From contig MU053482.1 in the NCBI GenBank assembly GCA_013239625.1, forward strand, positions 1,215,168 through 1,279,167: a stretch of 64,000 nt of DNA. The letters are read 5' to 3'. The stretch comes from Lama guanicoe (Eukaryota). The notes under the pieces were generated by a model, which worked only from the letters and a program-made list of their open reading frames with translations, did no database searches and was not told the DNA's origin. The position numbers were made by a program, and so were the translations under genes. Shown piece by piece: positions 28,563 through 41,326 of the stretch (positions are counted from its first letter, which is position 1; each line of letters starts with the position of its first letter).

Positions 28563-29377
28563 AGTAGGTGTCATTTATATCGTTTCTGTTAAAGTGATTT
28601 TTAAAAAAGTAATTGTATAGTTCTAAAGAACAGACTAGCATAGGGGGGTGGCTGTGGGTCCACTAGGGTGTTAACGTGGGATTTGGAAACACCCATGAAC
28701 TCGTGTGAACTGTGGCAGCCTCCTCTTCAAAAGCCTCTGTGCTGCTATTTTAAGGAAGTGAAAGAGGACTAAAGAGTGTCCTGTTGTAATACAACTCTTG
28801 TGGGCCCCAGCCTTCCTCTGCTGGCTTTGCCCTTGGTTTGCCTCTGGCCGGGTTTCTGCAGTGACCAGTCTCATATTTGCCAAAGTGGCTTAAGTTTTGT
28901 TCTCATGTACAAGTCTTCTGGGCACACTGGTAATTTCGGGCCACCAGGGTAATATGAAAAAAGATGTATCTTGTGGAGTTTGTCAAGAGTCCAGCCTAGA
29001 AGAAACATAGGAAAAAACTGAGGCTAGGGTGGTAGCAGCTCCTGCTAGAGCTGGGGACTATGCCAGAGTCCATGGTGCTGATGCCATCTGAGGCCCACAG
29101 GGATTTTAATCAGCTGAACTGAGCAACCAGTTATTGGAGGCCTAGGCAGGGTAACAACCTAGCAGTACAACCAAAGGGGATTCAGGCCGTTTGCTGGGGG
29201 AAGGCATTGGACTAGGTCCCCGGGCCCAGTCCCGCGATTATTCTAGAATCCATGTGGTCAGACTTCGCCAAAGCTTTTCTTGGGCCTGTTGAACTCCGCC
29301 TCAGTGCTGGGCACAGGGTAGTGCTGCTTGTCCTCAGCTGTTCACAAGAACGGACTCCACTTGCCTCTAATTGGAGC

Positions 29378-29394
29378 CGACCACTAGAGGGCCC
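29378..29394 (+). promoter_or_regulatory. Candidate CTCF site upstream of the CpG island
   Basis: CGACCACTAGAGGGCCC. Confidence 0.55.
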
Positions 29395-29536
29395 TCCACC
29401 CCATGTCGCCGGGTTCAGGTGCCCCCAGACCGTAGGGTGACTCTTTCCCAAACTGGGGGCGCTCAGGCCAACCTCATTTGGACAGGATCGCAGGGGCCCG
29501 GGAAGTCCGCACATCCAAACAGTTGCTGCTCTCTGC

Positions 29537-29558
29537 GTGTGTGTGTGTGTGTGTGTGT
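29537..29558. repeat. (GT)n microsatellite just upstream of the CpG island
   Basis: About 11 GT units. Confidence 0.9.
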
Positions 29559-29649
29559 TGGGGGACTCTAAAACGTTTTTTCTACAGCTTCTCTCTGCAA
29601 TTCTACAAAGTTCCCGGTCTGCTTGCTCTCATTCCCTACGGCCAGGGAG

Positions 29650-30520
29650 CGGTGCTGAAGGGCCGAGAAGCCTAGGGGCTGAGAAGCTGGGAACAGCCCT
29701 CGGCGTCTCCCCCGGGGCGGGAAGGGTGCTGGAGTAGGCGGTGACAGGGGAGGGCGGGGCTTCCCGAGATAGGCGGGGCTTGGGGACGCTGAGCTCGGCC
29801 TACGGGGTGGGCCCGGGACTGGGGCTGGACGGGACGGGGATTGGCAGGTTCGAAGGGGCGGGGTTGACGAGGCGGGTCCCTGGGGAACTGGAACCCTGCG
29901 CGGCCTGGTCCCTGAGGGCCGCAACTGAACCTGAGGAGGGGGCGTGGCAGAGGGGCGGGCCCAGGAAGAAGGTGGGGCGGTGAGGGAACCGGCGCTCCGG
30001 GACGAGTCTCCCGCGGGTCCCCGCCCCCGTCACGTGGGCTCCAGGCCCGGCCGCTGCCGGTCGGTTCGCTGGTTGGTCGGTCAGTTGGTCGGTGGGTCAG
30101 TGGCCTGCAGCTTGGTTCTTGGCTCTCATGTTCTGAGGTGGGAGCGACACGGGAAAGGCCCGCACACCTGAGCTGCCCGGAGAGGAGCCCCGCACCCAGG
30201 TCAGTGGGCGGTCCCCACGCCCCCAGGTCCGCGGCGCGGTCGGGACTGGGAGCTCCCGCAGGGGCATTGCCTGGGGAACCGAGAGCCCCCAGCTCCAAGA
30301 ACCGCTTGGGGCGTGGGGAGGGGCACAGTTCCTATATCAGCCCCAGAGCGTGTCGCAGGCGCGGGGACGGGAAACCTCCTCCCCTTCTCTGGCCAGAAAA
30401 CTGGGAGGAGGGTATAACTCTTGTAAATTTGCTCCAAGTCTCCACCCAGTTCCGCCCGGGGTCTACGGACAGTCCGCGCTCCTACAGGTGTCAGGATGGC
30501 TCTGGAGATGCGCAGGGTGG
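29650..30520. promoter_or_regulatory. PPFIBP2: CpG-island promoter of PPFIBP2
   Basis: Only strongly CpG/GC-rich segment in the window; several GGGCGGG Sp/KLF boxes, E-box GTCACGTGG 30029-30037, dense G-runs; lies upstream of the PPFIBP2 first coding exon. Confidence 0.85.
29990..30137 (+). other. PPFIBP2: Putative non-coding exon 1 of PPFIBP2 (5' end approximate)
   Basis: Inside the CpG island, ends at plausible donor CTGAG|gtggga; the exon at 63356 starts with an acceptor, so an upstream exon is required. Confidence 0.55.
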
Positions 30521-31343
30521 CCGTTCACCTCAGTTATGTGTGGTATGTCAGAACTCTGCTCAGTCAGCTTGAGCAGCGGCGTAGTCTAAAGAGAGAGAGA
30601 GCCCAAGGTGGTAGGGAAGCTTACGGTCGATTTGCCCAAGCAAATCGGTGTTCGGTAGAGCGTGTGTCCAGCTGCAACGCCTTGGCTGAGACCAGCTCAA
30701 TACCGTAATTGCAGAAGTGCAACATGCCTTTCCAAATCTCAAGTCACTGCGTCCCAGTAGACTGCAAGGTGGGGATAGTCCTATTTGAACGTGGGCCCCT
30801 CTCCCTCCTGACACCCCCTACTCCAGACCTGCAGTTGTTTTTCAGATGCAAATAAGATATGTTTAAAGACCAGAACTTCCAAACTTTAAGATCAAAAAGG
30901 CATTCTAGCCAGCATTTAATCCTCTTAAAACACAAATCCAGAGTATTATATTTCTACTTTTAGAGCAGCTGGATATTTGGTATAGCTCAGTCTCTTTTTC
31001 CAAGTTTTGGTTTACTTCCTGTCTTTTTCATCTCTCTCCTCCCTCTCCCAGTTCCTTAATTATCTAAAGTATTCCCAAATTTTTTGTTGCATTCTGTTAA
31101 GTTAAATGCCCAACTACAGAAAGGTAGTTGGCTGTACATAAAATTCATCTTCAGCACATTCAGTCTATTATTTGTACTATATGAAAAACACAAAATATGA
31201 TTTGATTTAGAGATTATTTCTCTTTGGGGCTTGAGAGGCAGCCCATTTTATGTAATCTACTTAAATTAATATTTAAGTGACTTTGAAGTGGTAGATGGGG
31301 GAGTTTGGTAAACTTTTCACTTAGTACCTTCATCCATAATTTT

Positions 31344-31532
31344 TTTTAAACATCTTTTTTTAAGGGATTTTACTGATTGCATTTGGTTGTTGTTTTGTTT
31401 GCTTTTCTGGAGGGAGCTAATTAGGTTTATTTATTTATTTTATCATTTTTTTTTAAATGGAGGTACAGGCAATTGAACTCAGGACCTCGAGCATGCTAAG
31501 CACACACTCTACCACTGAGCTATACCCTCCCC
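31344..31532 (-). mobile_element. Full-length tRNA-derived SINE
   Basis: Reverse head ctctaccactgagctataccctcccc; TSD catccataatttt. Confidence 0.9.
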
Positions 31533-32177
31533 CATCCATAATTTTATTTAATACATTATTGTTATTATTACTTTGAGATTTGATGGTGTGCCAGTTATTA
31601 GCTTACTGCTATTGCAGCGACAAATATGGTCTCTACTGGGGTAGCTACGGCAGGTGCACTGACTTTAATAAGACTAAGTGGATTGAGATAAATGCTATAA
31701 AGGAGGTAAGAGCAAAGAGTTGTGGGAATTTGTCTTTCATCTGAGCAGGGAAAATCTGAGTTAACTTCAAGAAGCGGATGGGTGTGTGATGGACCTCAAA
31801 GGACTTCTCCTGGGTTTCTCCAGGCAGAGGTGGGCAGAGCGTGACCTGGGCTATGAGAGCGTTGTAGGCAGGCAAGCACTGGGTAGCTGCGAGAAGTGGC
31901 AAGTGGCCCAGCTTGGCTCCTGTGGCGAGTGGTAGACAGTGAAGCTGGTGAGAAGGAAGAAACCTGGCTCCAGCGGGCCAAGAAGGCCAGGTGGGAGAAG
32001 TCTGGACTTTGAAAGCATGGGAACCAGTAATGGTTTTTAAGCAGAAGATTGATTGATGGTTCTGTGAATTTATAGTCAGGAACCTTGGCCCTTGACCCTC
32101 CCAACCTCTCAACCCCTAGCCCGATGGAGAAAATTCAGTAAATATTTGTAGAATGAGTGGTCTGGCAACAGTGTAGA

Positions 32178-32450
32178 GCGGTGCTTCTCAACCTTTAACA
32201 AACTTAAGAATCACCTGGGGCATCTTGTTCAAATGCAGATTCTGATTCCCAGGTCAAGTGTGGGACCTGACCTTCTGCATTTCTTACAAGTACTCAGTGG
32301 TACAGTCCCTTTGAGGATTAAGAAAAGTAGTTTGCAAATCTGTCTGTGCCTCAGAATCGCCTGGGGAGCTTTTAAACTACTCCAATTAAGTAAGTCTAGC
32401 ATGTTTTTAACCAATTTCCCCTGGGTTCTGATGAAAATCAGGTGGGAACT
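32178..32450. mobile_element. MER5-like DNA transposon relics (two adjacent pieces)
   Basis: ttctcaacc...agaatcacctggggcatcttgttcaaatgcagattc; second piece tcagaatcgcctggggagcttttaaa. Confidence 0.7.
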
Positions 32451-35400
32451 GGTGGGGTGGACTCTGGCCGGGCTACGGGAAGCAGTGACCAGCTGGAAAA
32501 GACACTGGGGGTGTAGAGGCTCATTAGGACCTGCACGATCAATTAAGATAGAAGTGAGGGCGGGTATTGGACCCTAGAGAGTGGGACAGGTGGATGAGAC
32601 TAGAGAGAATCCATGGACTGGGGTGCCAGGCTGAAAAGTGAGGAGGAAGAAACGATCCTGAAAGAATTGAGCTTTGGACAAGGAACGTCATGCCCTTGAG
32701 ACTGTCACATTTGCGGTAATATTTGGAAGTTGTTTTTTAGTCGGCCATCCAAGAAGTTTTCTTCCTGATATATAGATCTGTTCGTGACCCTTTCCTGCTT
32801 AAAATCCTCTGGTGGATCTCCTTTTGTAAAATATGAGAACGAAGAGCTAATAAGAATACCGCCGTTCAGGCATTTAAACATTTATGAAGTTCCCAGACTG
32901 CACACCTTTATTCAAGAGGTGACACTCGAGGGAAAAAAAAATGACACCGTCACCGCTTGGTGTGGGCACAACTAGGCTGAAACTCTTGGCAGCTTTGTGT
33001 TCTCCTGAGTCCCTATCTTTCCTGCTTCCTCCTTCCTCAGAGCAGTTACACTTTATGTTTCCTGGCATCATTCTTTGATTTCAACACTTGATGACACCTG
33101 TGTGTCTCAGTTTTTGCAGAATCTACAGCTGGTCTCAGGAAGGTAGGCTTATAGACTCTGAAAGCCAGGTCTTGGCATCTTCACATTCTTATCTCTCCCA
33201 CCCTCAGTAAACAACCTTCTAGGAGATGCTGTCTTCTAGCAGTCTGTTTACTTTTAGACCCAGATTCCTCAAGGCTTTGTGAGTTCCAGGGAGCTGCTAA
33301 CTCTGAGCTTTCTCTTGGGAAATGTATGATTTCTATTTGGTGCTCCTTGATAATTCTTACTTTCATTTCCTCTCTCTGTCACGTACACATTTAGGCACAC
33401 TGAGAACTGAGTGTTCACTGTGCAAGATGCTTTTAATCACTGAGTTCCATGCTGAATTGTAATCTTGGCTTCTGTAATACATCTGTGGATGGAAGGTGTA
33501 GACAAGATGGGATAGGCTTTGCCTCTCTGAAGGGATAATGTATGGTATCCTTGTTTGGCATTCAAGGCTCCACAGAGGCTGGCAATAATTTGGCTCACCA
33601 GCTGCATCTCCACTGTTCCCCAAATGGAGTAGCTTAGCAGTTTCTATCCTTTGTGCATCTCTGCCTTTGCATACACTATTTCCTCTTCCTGGGAAGCCCT
33701 TTTGTGTCTGCTCCGCAAGATGAATGAATTCTTATTAATCCTTCAGGATGCAGATCAGAATCTTGAAACACCTCTCCTCCCCTCACCCCCAGGTCATTTT
33801 TCCTCTTCTCTAAATTGTCTAGCATCCAATATCCATCTCTGCTATGGTACTTAGAGGCTTTATTTGCATGTCTCTGGCCACACCCCCTTCAAACTCTGAG
33901 CTGCCCTGGGGCGGCATCAGCCCTATGTTCAGCCCTATACTTAACAGATGTCCAGGAAGAGTCTGTGGCAGACATGGCCTTGAGCTAGCTGGTTTTGCAG
34001 TGGGCCTCAGTAAAAGGCGAAAAGGGGCGGGTGGTTTTATGTGGCAGGGGTGGGGTGGGACGGAGGGAGTTGGAGGGGTGGGAGGAGATGAGGAAAGGAA
34101 CAAGAGCAGAACCTGAAAGACTAGGACAAGCCTGATGGGTGGTCCACAGGTGGCTAGACTCATAGGGTGGAGTGGGGAGGGGGATCCTGGGAGGAGTGAG
34201 ACTCGAGCCTCTGGCTGGGGAGAGTTCCTGGAAGGTCTTGAAAGTTGAAGTTAAAGAATGTATGTGTAATTCAGATGCCTTTGAAGGTCCTGGAGTCTAG
34301 AAGAGACACGGTGAAAGCTGTGCTTTCAGGAGGATTCAAGACTGAGAAGGGCTGGTTGGAGGGACAGGGAGGAACTTCTTATGAGAATGTGCTGTTGGAC
34401 TAACCCATTGAGATAGATTAGGACCTAAATCAAGGCAATGGCCGTAGGGATGGACGGAGGAAAGGGAGGTGAATGAGCTTGCCAAGAAATCCTGCAGGAT
34501 TTGGTGACTGACGGACGTGAGGGAGAGAGAAGAGTCAAATTGGACACTGACATTTTGTGCTGGTTTGCTGGGAGAAGAATGAAGCAATTGTTAGCAGCAT
34601 GAGGGCATGGAGAAACCTCTTGGAAGGGGGAAGGGAAATGAGGGGGTGTTGATTCCTTTTGGAATCAGGAGCAAGCCTTGGGTAGCTTCTTGCAGGCCCG
34701 TTCTGTTTTTACACATGAGGATGGCAAGGCCTAAAGAAACCCACCCAGGGTCACCCAGTTGCTGGTGGCAGAACCCAGGCCTTCTGGCCCTCTGGCCTTG
34801 GGTTCTGTCCTTTGTAGCTCAGTGGGTTTGGCCAGACAAGAACTGCTGGAAGGTCCAGATGGAGATTCCATTAGGCAGTGAAAAATGAGAAAGAGACAAG
34901 GTTTGGGACAAATTCCATCTGCAGAATAGCTAAGGCTGGAGTCTTATAGGTCAAAGACTCAGGGGGAAGTGTCTGCTGGCAGCCAAAGCCAATGGGGCTG
35001 TGAAGGCTCATGAGACCTTCTTTCTGGCCTGTGGCCTCTGGGGATGTGGGCTGATGGGAAGTAGGGGTGCCCGTATGGTCTCAGCGCTCTTACACTTGTT
35101 TATGCTTAGTGTGGGTACGTGTGTATTACATATTTTTTTTTCTGAGACTGCAATTACCAATCTATCAGTTCCATGGAAATACGTATTCCAAGGACCCAAA
35201 CACGCCCCGACAAACTTCTGGGACACATCCAACCAGTAATGAGAAGTTGGCTGTGTAGTACTGGAGTTGGGGTAGTGGGAGATGCCTATCTGGGGAAGGC
35301 AGTCAGCCCTGAGAAACTTTTCTGAGCAGGGGTCTGTGCATAGGGCCAGTGTCAGAGATTTACATGGTTGAGTGAGGGCCACAGCTGTCTGATGAGGAGG

Positions 35401-37299
35401 GGCGACCTTGTCCAGAATCTGCCAAGAGACTCAGTGGCCCTAAGGCTGGGTCTCCTGCCCTCCTTACCCTTCCCTTCCATACCTCTCTGCCTGGCCAAGC
35501 TCCTCAGCCTCCAGCCCCCCAGGATGAGTCCTGTCTTTGCCATGGTGCAGTGGTTACCTCGGTTTGCTAAGGCAGAGCTGGATTAAAGAATGTGAAACCT
35601 TTTGATTATTGCCTGCACGTGGTAATTGACAAAGACGAAGACAAAGACGCAAAAAATGCTAGGATTCAACTTGAGTCAAAACTTGTCAAGCTTCTTGGTT
35701 CTTATGAGCTATGTAGTTAGGTCTGGCAGGTTTCTACCTCATCTTGTTTTGAGTGTGTGTGTTTGTGTGTTTACTGAGACCAAAACGTGCTCAAGCTTGC
35801 CCCCCAGGGGTAAAGTAGCAGGGATAGCTGTAGATTGCAGACTGGAGATCTGAGTTGTCCATGTCTCAGGAACAACTTACGCAGAGGTAAACGGTTAGCA
35901 GGCCTACTAACAAACCTCTGGGAAGAGGTTGTTCACCCAGGTGAGGCTGTGGGGAATGGAGCCTGCCATGGCCCCCACCTACCCCTCGACTACAGGTGCT
36001 ATGACGTTCCCAGAGGCTGTGCTCTGGGTACATCTGTTTCCTGCCGGGAAGGAGTTAACACAAATCCCAGGGTTGCTCTGCCGGCTCAGGGGCATGTTTA
36101 GTGGGCATAGTCAGAATCCCTGCCCTGACTCCCAGGCAAAGACATAAATCCACAGTGACTTGTGTGCATGGTTGGAATGGCTCACTCAGATGTTGCTGGG
36201 CCTCTTGCCAGGGCAGGGACCACTCTGACCAGGAGGGCCACTGCTGTGACTGCACTGGGGTGTCCCAAGAGGTCTTCTTAGCAAATCTCTCCAACCTGCT
36301 TCTGGCAGGAAGGCCCAGAGAGCCTGGACAGAAGGAACTTAGGAAGAGTAAAATTGGGTTACCATTGTTCCTTGCATACACATGTGACAGCTCCTCTGTC
36401 TTCATGGGCAACTGTTTCCTTCCCACAACACAAAGCTGTGTTTCCCCTAAATCAAAGAGGTTTTCTCATGAATAGCTTGCTTGAAGCTGGGCTGCTTCAT
36501 GGATGAAACAGAGGGGTGTATAGACTGGCCCCTGAACGCTGCCTCCAGAGGGAGAGCGGAACTTCCAGCTTCGGTGGGTTTTACAAAGGGCTTGTCTCAG
36601 GAGGTGGGTAGTGTTATTTCCATTCATGGGAGGGAAACAGGTGCCAGAGAAGAAAAGTGGGGTTTTTTTTTTTTTGTTTTTTTAAGGTTCTAAAGTATTC
36701 GATTTAATTTATTGTTCAAACTGGGACACTTCTGAAAGTGAGAGGAGGTGGATCAATGCTGAACTGGATGGGATCCTGGGAGGACAGGACTGTCCCTGGC
36801 GTACTGGGATGTGGGGTCTCAAACTCCAGATTCAGTAAGCCACTGGGGCAGGTAAGGGGAGCGGGGGCTGGGGAGATGGGATTGGAGGAGGGCGAGGGGA
36901 GAAGTTAGAACTTGAATTTGAGTGGGAAAAGAGGATTCTTCTAATTCGACATTTTACCAAAGCAAAGGAATAGTTCTTGGCTCAAACACCTGACCTCAAC
37001 TACATGTCATGAAAAAGCTTTATTACATAAGCTCTTCCTGTGACCAGCCAAGACATCTGGTTCTTCCATGCAACGCTGCTCTCCCGGTAACAACAGCCAC
37101 CGCCCTGCATGTCCGTCTAGGTTTTCGCTGTGCAGCTCAGTGGAGCTGCACAAAACCCCGCGCAGGGGTGTTGTCCTGCCTCTAAGACAAGGAAACTGAC
37201 TCCTCACTGCCCCTCCCAACTCCAGCATGGCAGGCACGGGCTCCTCCACCGTGAGGACTTGGCCTCCCTCGTCTCTGAGGGCCCTGCCAGCTCAGACAG

Positions 37300-37500
37300 C
37301 CCTTCGTTTAAATCCTGGCTCTACTCAGGCTTGCTGTTGCTCCTTTGAGCAAATCTTTCCCTCTCTGGGCTTGAAGTTCCTCGCCTGTCAAATGGAAACA
37401 GTAAGAGGCCCATTTCCTTTGGTTGTTGTAAAGATGCAAAGATGTATATAACATGTTGGTGACAGTGCCCGGCGCATCGTAAATAGTAAGTGGTATTATC
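37300..37500 (+). mobile_element. MIR fragment
   Basis: ttaaatcctggctctact...gttcctcgcctgtcaaatggaaacagtaa. Confidence 0.7.
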
Positions 37501-39857
37501 ATCATCATCTTCTTCTCAGGAAGCCTCGCAAATATACTTTGTCAAGAGGGGTGATTTACATCATCCAGAGGGCTTATTCAGAAATTTCAGAGGGCAGGTA
37601 GTATTTTCTGGGCCTCCAGGTGGGACCCCCATGGTGGAGGGGAGCACGAAGTCCAAGAGGCAGAAGTCCACAGCAGGGTGAGGGGACAGGCTGATTTCAA
37701 GTGGCCGGTCACCAGTGTACAGGACAAGGGTAACAGAGAGCTCAGAGCCTAAACCAGCCTGATGGGACGTGGCGGGGTGAGGCCAAAGTCCTGACCCGAG
37801 GCTCCAAAAATCAATTGATGTGTTTCCTACCCAACCACGTAGAAAAGCCCACAGAACTTGGTGTAGCCGGGCTGCATGAATAGAAATCCCAGTTTTAGAC
37901 GCTGCTTGCAGGGGGCGTGGCCTGGGCCGGTGGGTGGGAGGTAGGCATCCCACTTTTCTCTGCAGTGGCCATGACTGGCCGACCCTGGAGGTGAGACTCT
38001 GGGCACGACACTTTGGGAGCAGGTGGAGTACGGCCCCCTACTGCTGCACAGTTGGAGTCCCTGCCCTGTAAGCTATGGAAAGTCCCTGGACAGATGGAAG
38101 ACACAGGACTGTGATTCTGATTTTCAAGTGGGCAAGGGATTGAGCATGTTCTGCGTTGCTCAGAGGGCAGGGTTGAGGGGCCACGGTGGTGACGGTCACG
38201 AGGATTAAAGAAGGGACAGATTTCAGTGTGACATGATGTAAGAAATTCCAAATAACTCGAGCCAGGCGACTGTTTTAGAGCATGTGTTGGAGTCTGCCTA
38301 CAGAGGGTATTATCCAGGCAGTGCTGACTGGAGCGGAGTTGGTGAAATCACAGGGGAGGCAGGCTTTGCTGAAAGGTTGTAGGTCTCATGAAAAGTGCTA
38401 TAGGATTTGGGGGAACAATTGGTGGCTTCTGAGCAGAGAGGTGACTTGCAGCAAATGTAGGATGGGATGAGGGTGGAAGGCTAGGGAAGGACAGCCACAA
38501 AGCTGTGCAGAAGCTTCTCGATTGCAAGTCACAGGCTGAAATTCCACCCAGGACAGGCAGTGGGAGAGAGGAAGGGCTCTGAAGAAGTGATTAGAATCCC
38601 AAAGGAGGGATTGTACTGTGTGTGTTCTCTGCTGATGCCTGTCTTGGCCTAACCCCCTGACTGGGGCATGAAGGCTCTTACAGACTCATGGGCCATTCCT
38701 GGAAGATTTCGAGAACATGGAGTCCTGGTACCCAGAGGACCAGGGCCATGTGGTCTGAAACACTGAGTTCACACCATCCAGGATGTAGCAGTGGGTATAG
38801 GAGGGAGTGATCCAGGAGGGCACTGGCCACGACACTAGGAATTCTGACTGTTTGTCTGCAGCCTGGGCCACAGAGCAAGCTTCCAGCCCCAAGAGGAGGC
38901 AGGGAAAGGCTGTGGGAAGCAGAACCTTATTCAAGTAGGCTGAGGTTTTGGGTGGGGTGTGTGTGTGTGGGGGGGATGGAGAGTGCTGTGGTTAAGCAAC
39001 GTGGATGCCTGACGGGTGTGCAGTCCTTGCTAGGGTGGCAGGAAGGGGAGCCTGGCAAGGCTGGTAGGAAGAGAGGCCTGGCTCTCTGGGAGGTAGGGGA
39101 AGCCGCCAAATCAGAACTGGCCCACTGGACCTAGGAAAACTCTTAGCAGCAGAGAGAGAGCATAGTTCCTAAGTGTCCTGAAGTCAACAGACTTGTGGTC
39201 TCATTTGTTATGTCAGTCACCATATGATTTTTTACCATCCTCTGTGCTGAGAACTGTTATGGTAGGAACACAGAATGAGTAAGACAAGTCCCCTGCCTGG
39301 ATAGAATTTAAGGAATGTACCCCTTACTCAAAATAGGCAGAGAAAACTCAGTAAACATTCCAAGAAAGGAGAGGTTGGGGCACCTGGCTTGCTGAAGAGG
39401 GTGCATTTGAGGTGAGTCTTGAAGGACTGTTGGGCCAGAAACACCCCTTTCCATGGGGGTGAAGGAGGACACTTCTAGCACAGGGACCAGCAATGCACAA
39501 AGCAAGGTGGCGACGGTAAGTTAAGGGGCACGTGTGGGAAATAGCCAGTGGTTTGGTTTGGCCAGAACTGGAGGAATGAGTGGGGTTAGATGGGGAACCA
39601 GGGATTAGAAATTATCACTTATTAAACACATGCCGTGCACCAGGCACTGAGCTCAGAGTCGACTGCTCACTCATATCTCACAGGGGCCTTCTGGGGCTTT
39701 AGCTGAGGAGAGTGACTCAGGAAAGTGACTTTCCCAAGGTTCCCTAGCTGGTGAGTGACTGAACTAAGATTTATGCCCAATTTTCCTGATCCTCAAACCC
39801 ATGTTCTTTCCACTCCATCTTGCTGCCACGTTGAGATGATTCACATCCAGGTTGTTC

Positions 39858-40377
39858 TGTTACCTAGTCCAAACTCGTTCTGCTCACCGCACGACAGGCC
39901 AGTAAATTGGGAGACAAGGTGTTGAGGCAAGAAATAGTGACTTTATTCGGAAAGCTGGAAGACCAAGAGGATGGCAGACTAATGTCTTCAGAACTATCTT
40001 ATTAAAGTCAAAATTCAGGCTCATTTTATACTAAAAAAGTGGAGGGGGTGTGGTTTGTTGTTGCAAACTTCTTGGTGTAGGAATTCTGTGTTCTTGTAGC
40101 TGTCCAGGTGGGTCAGATCATGGTGTCCCTGTAATCCTCTAGCAAAACAAATGTTATTTTCCATTCTGCGACTTGTTATCTTTATGTAAGTGCAAAAGTA
40201 TTAATGTCCTTAAAGGTCAGAGCCTTGAAAATAGGCTGTCTTATATATTTCAGACTAAAGGCAACATTCTTTTGCAAAAGGTGAAGAGCTAGCAAGACAA
40301 GCCTAGAATGCAGGTTGCAGGGTTAAAGCCAAAGAAACAGATCTAATATGGAGTCAGATTTGTTCTTTTCTATTATA
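39858..40377 (-). mobile_element. Solo ERV1-class LTR
   Basis: 4-bp TSD gttc (39854-39857, 40378-40381); TG start; reverse AATAAA near 39942 and reverse TATA near 40025. Confidence 0.85.
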
Positions 40378-40761
40378 GTTCAGAGCTTGTTTACCACGAA
40401 GATCAGCTTTCTGTGTTGAGGTCAAAAGATGGTCAGTCTGCACGTGCCAGACAACGTTAGCCCATGAGAAGCACTTGGTGAATGTGGCCAGGTTTCTGTG
40501 ATGCACTCGCAGCTGCAATAAATACATACACAGACATACACACATACGTATTTAGGAAGTAAATCTCTAAAATAGTACGAAGTTGCCCAGTTGTCCATGG
40601 TGTCATAGAAACTGTTGTTTCCTGAGCGCTATAGGCAATTGCTGATTTCCTGGCTAAATTACTCTGTTTTCTTTCCCACTCAATGAAGTATATTAGAATG
40701 GAACAAGATAAGCAAAATCTTCTCTGAGTTATACAGAATTTTGATTTTTGGCCTTAGCTAC

Positions 40762-41326
40762 TGTCGCAGAAAGATGTGTTACAGCTCAGTTGTGACAGCA
40801 ACCTGGATCTGGGCGAGAAACCAAGCAGCACTTGGAGAGCTGGAGAACTCAGGTTTATTATGCCAGTAGGCCCAGAGGAATTAACACTTCAAGCTCTGAA
40901 CCCCGTCTGTAGGTTTACACAGGCCTTTTATAGGCTGCTAGTTTTACATTTTGCAACATCATATGCAAATGAAGTACAACAGAAGTTGACCAACCAGGAA
41001 CAAACTTTGTAGAAATAGGCCAATCAGGAGTGAGCTCCATGCAAATAAAGTACTACAAATGGACCAATCAGAAGTTAGGGAAGTGGACCAATCAGAAGTG
41101 AGAGTAATAACCAATCAGAAGTGAGAGTAATAGCCAATCAGGAGTGAAGGAAATAACCAATCAGAAGTTAGCTCAGGGAACCAATAGAATTCTAGCTGTA
41201 AGTTAGCCGCTTTAGAGGCAAAGAGTGAGAGAGAGCCTCTGAGCCAGGGAACCGGTAGGTGCTAAGAGCAGAGCAGCGGCTCTGCCCAGGGGTCCTGCTG
41301 GTCTTTTTATGGGGCTTCCCACTTCA
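40762..41326 (-). mobile_element. Intact solo ERV1-class LTR with tandem CCAAT array
   Basis: TG...CA, 4-bp TSD ctac (40758-40761, 41327-41330); minus-strand TATAAAA 40926-40932 and AATAAA 40854-40859. Confidence 0.9.

Noticed and set aside
29672..30572. Long ORFs (208 aa minus, 144 aa plus)
   Set aside because: Pro/Gly/Arg-rich frames expected from stop-codon depletion in a CpG island; no recognisable domain
41020..41185. CRISPR-like repeat/spacer array
   Set aside because: Units are ~23-bp degenerate tandem repeats with related linkers inside a mammalian LTR; no unique spacers or cas genes
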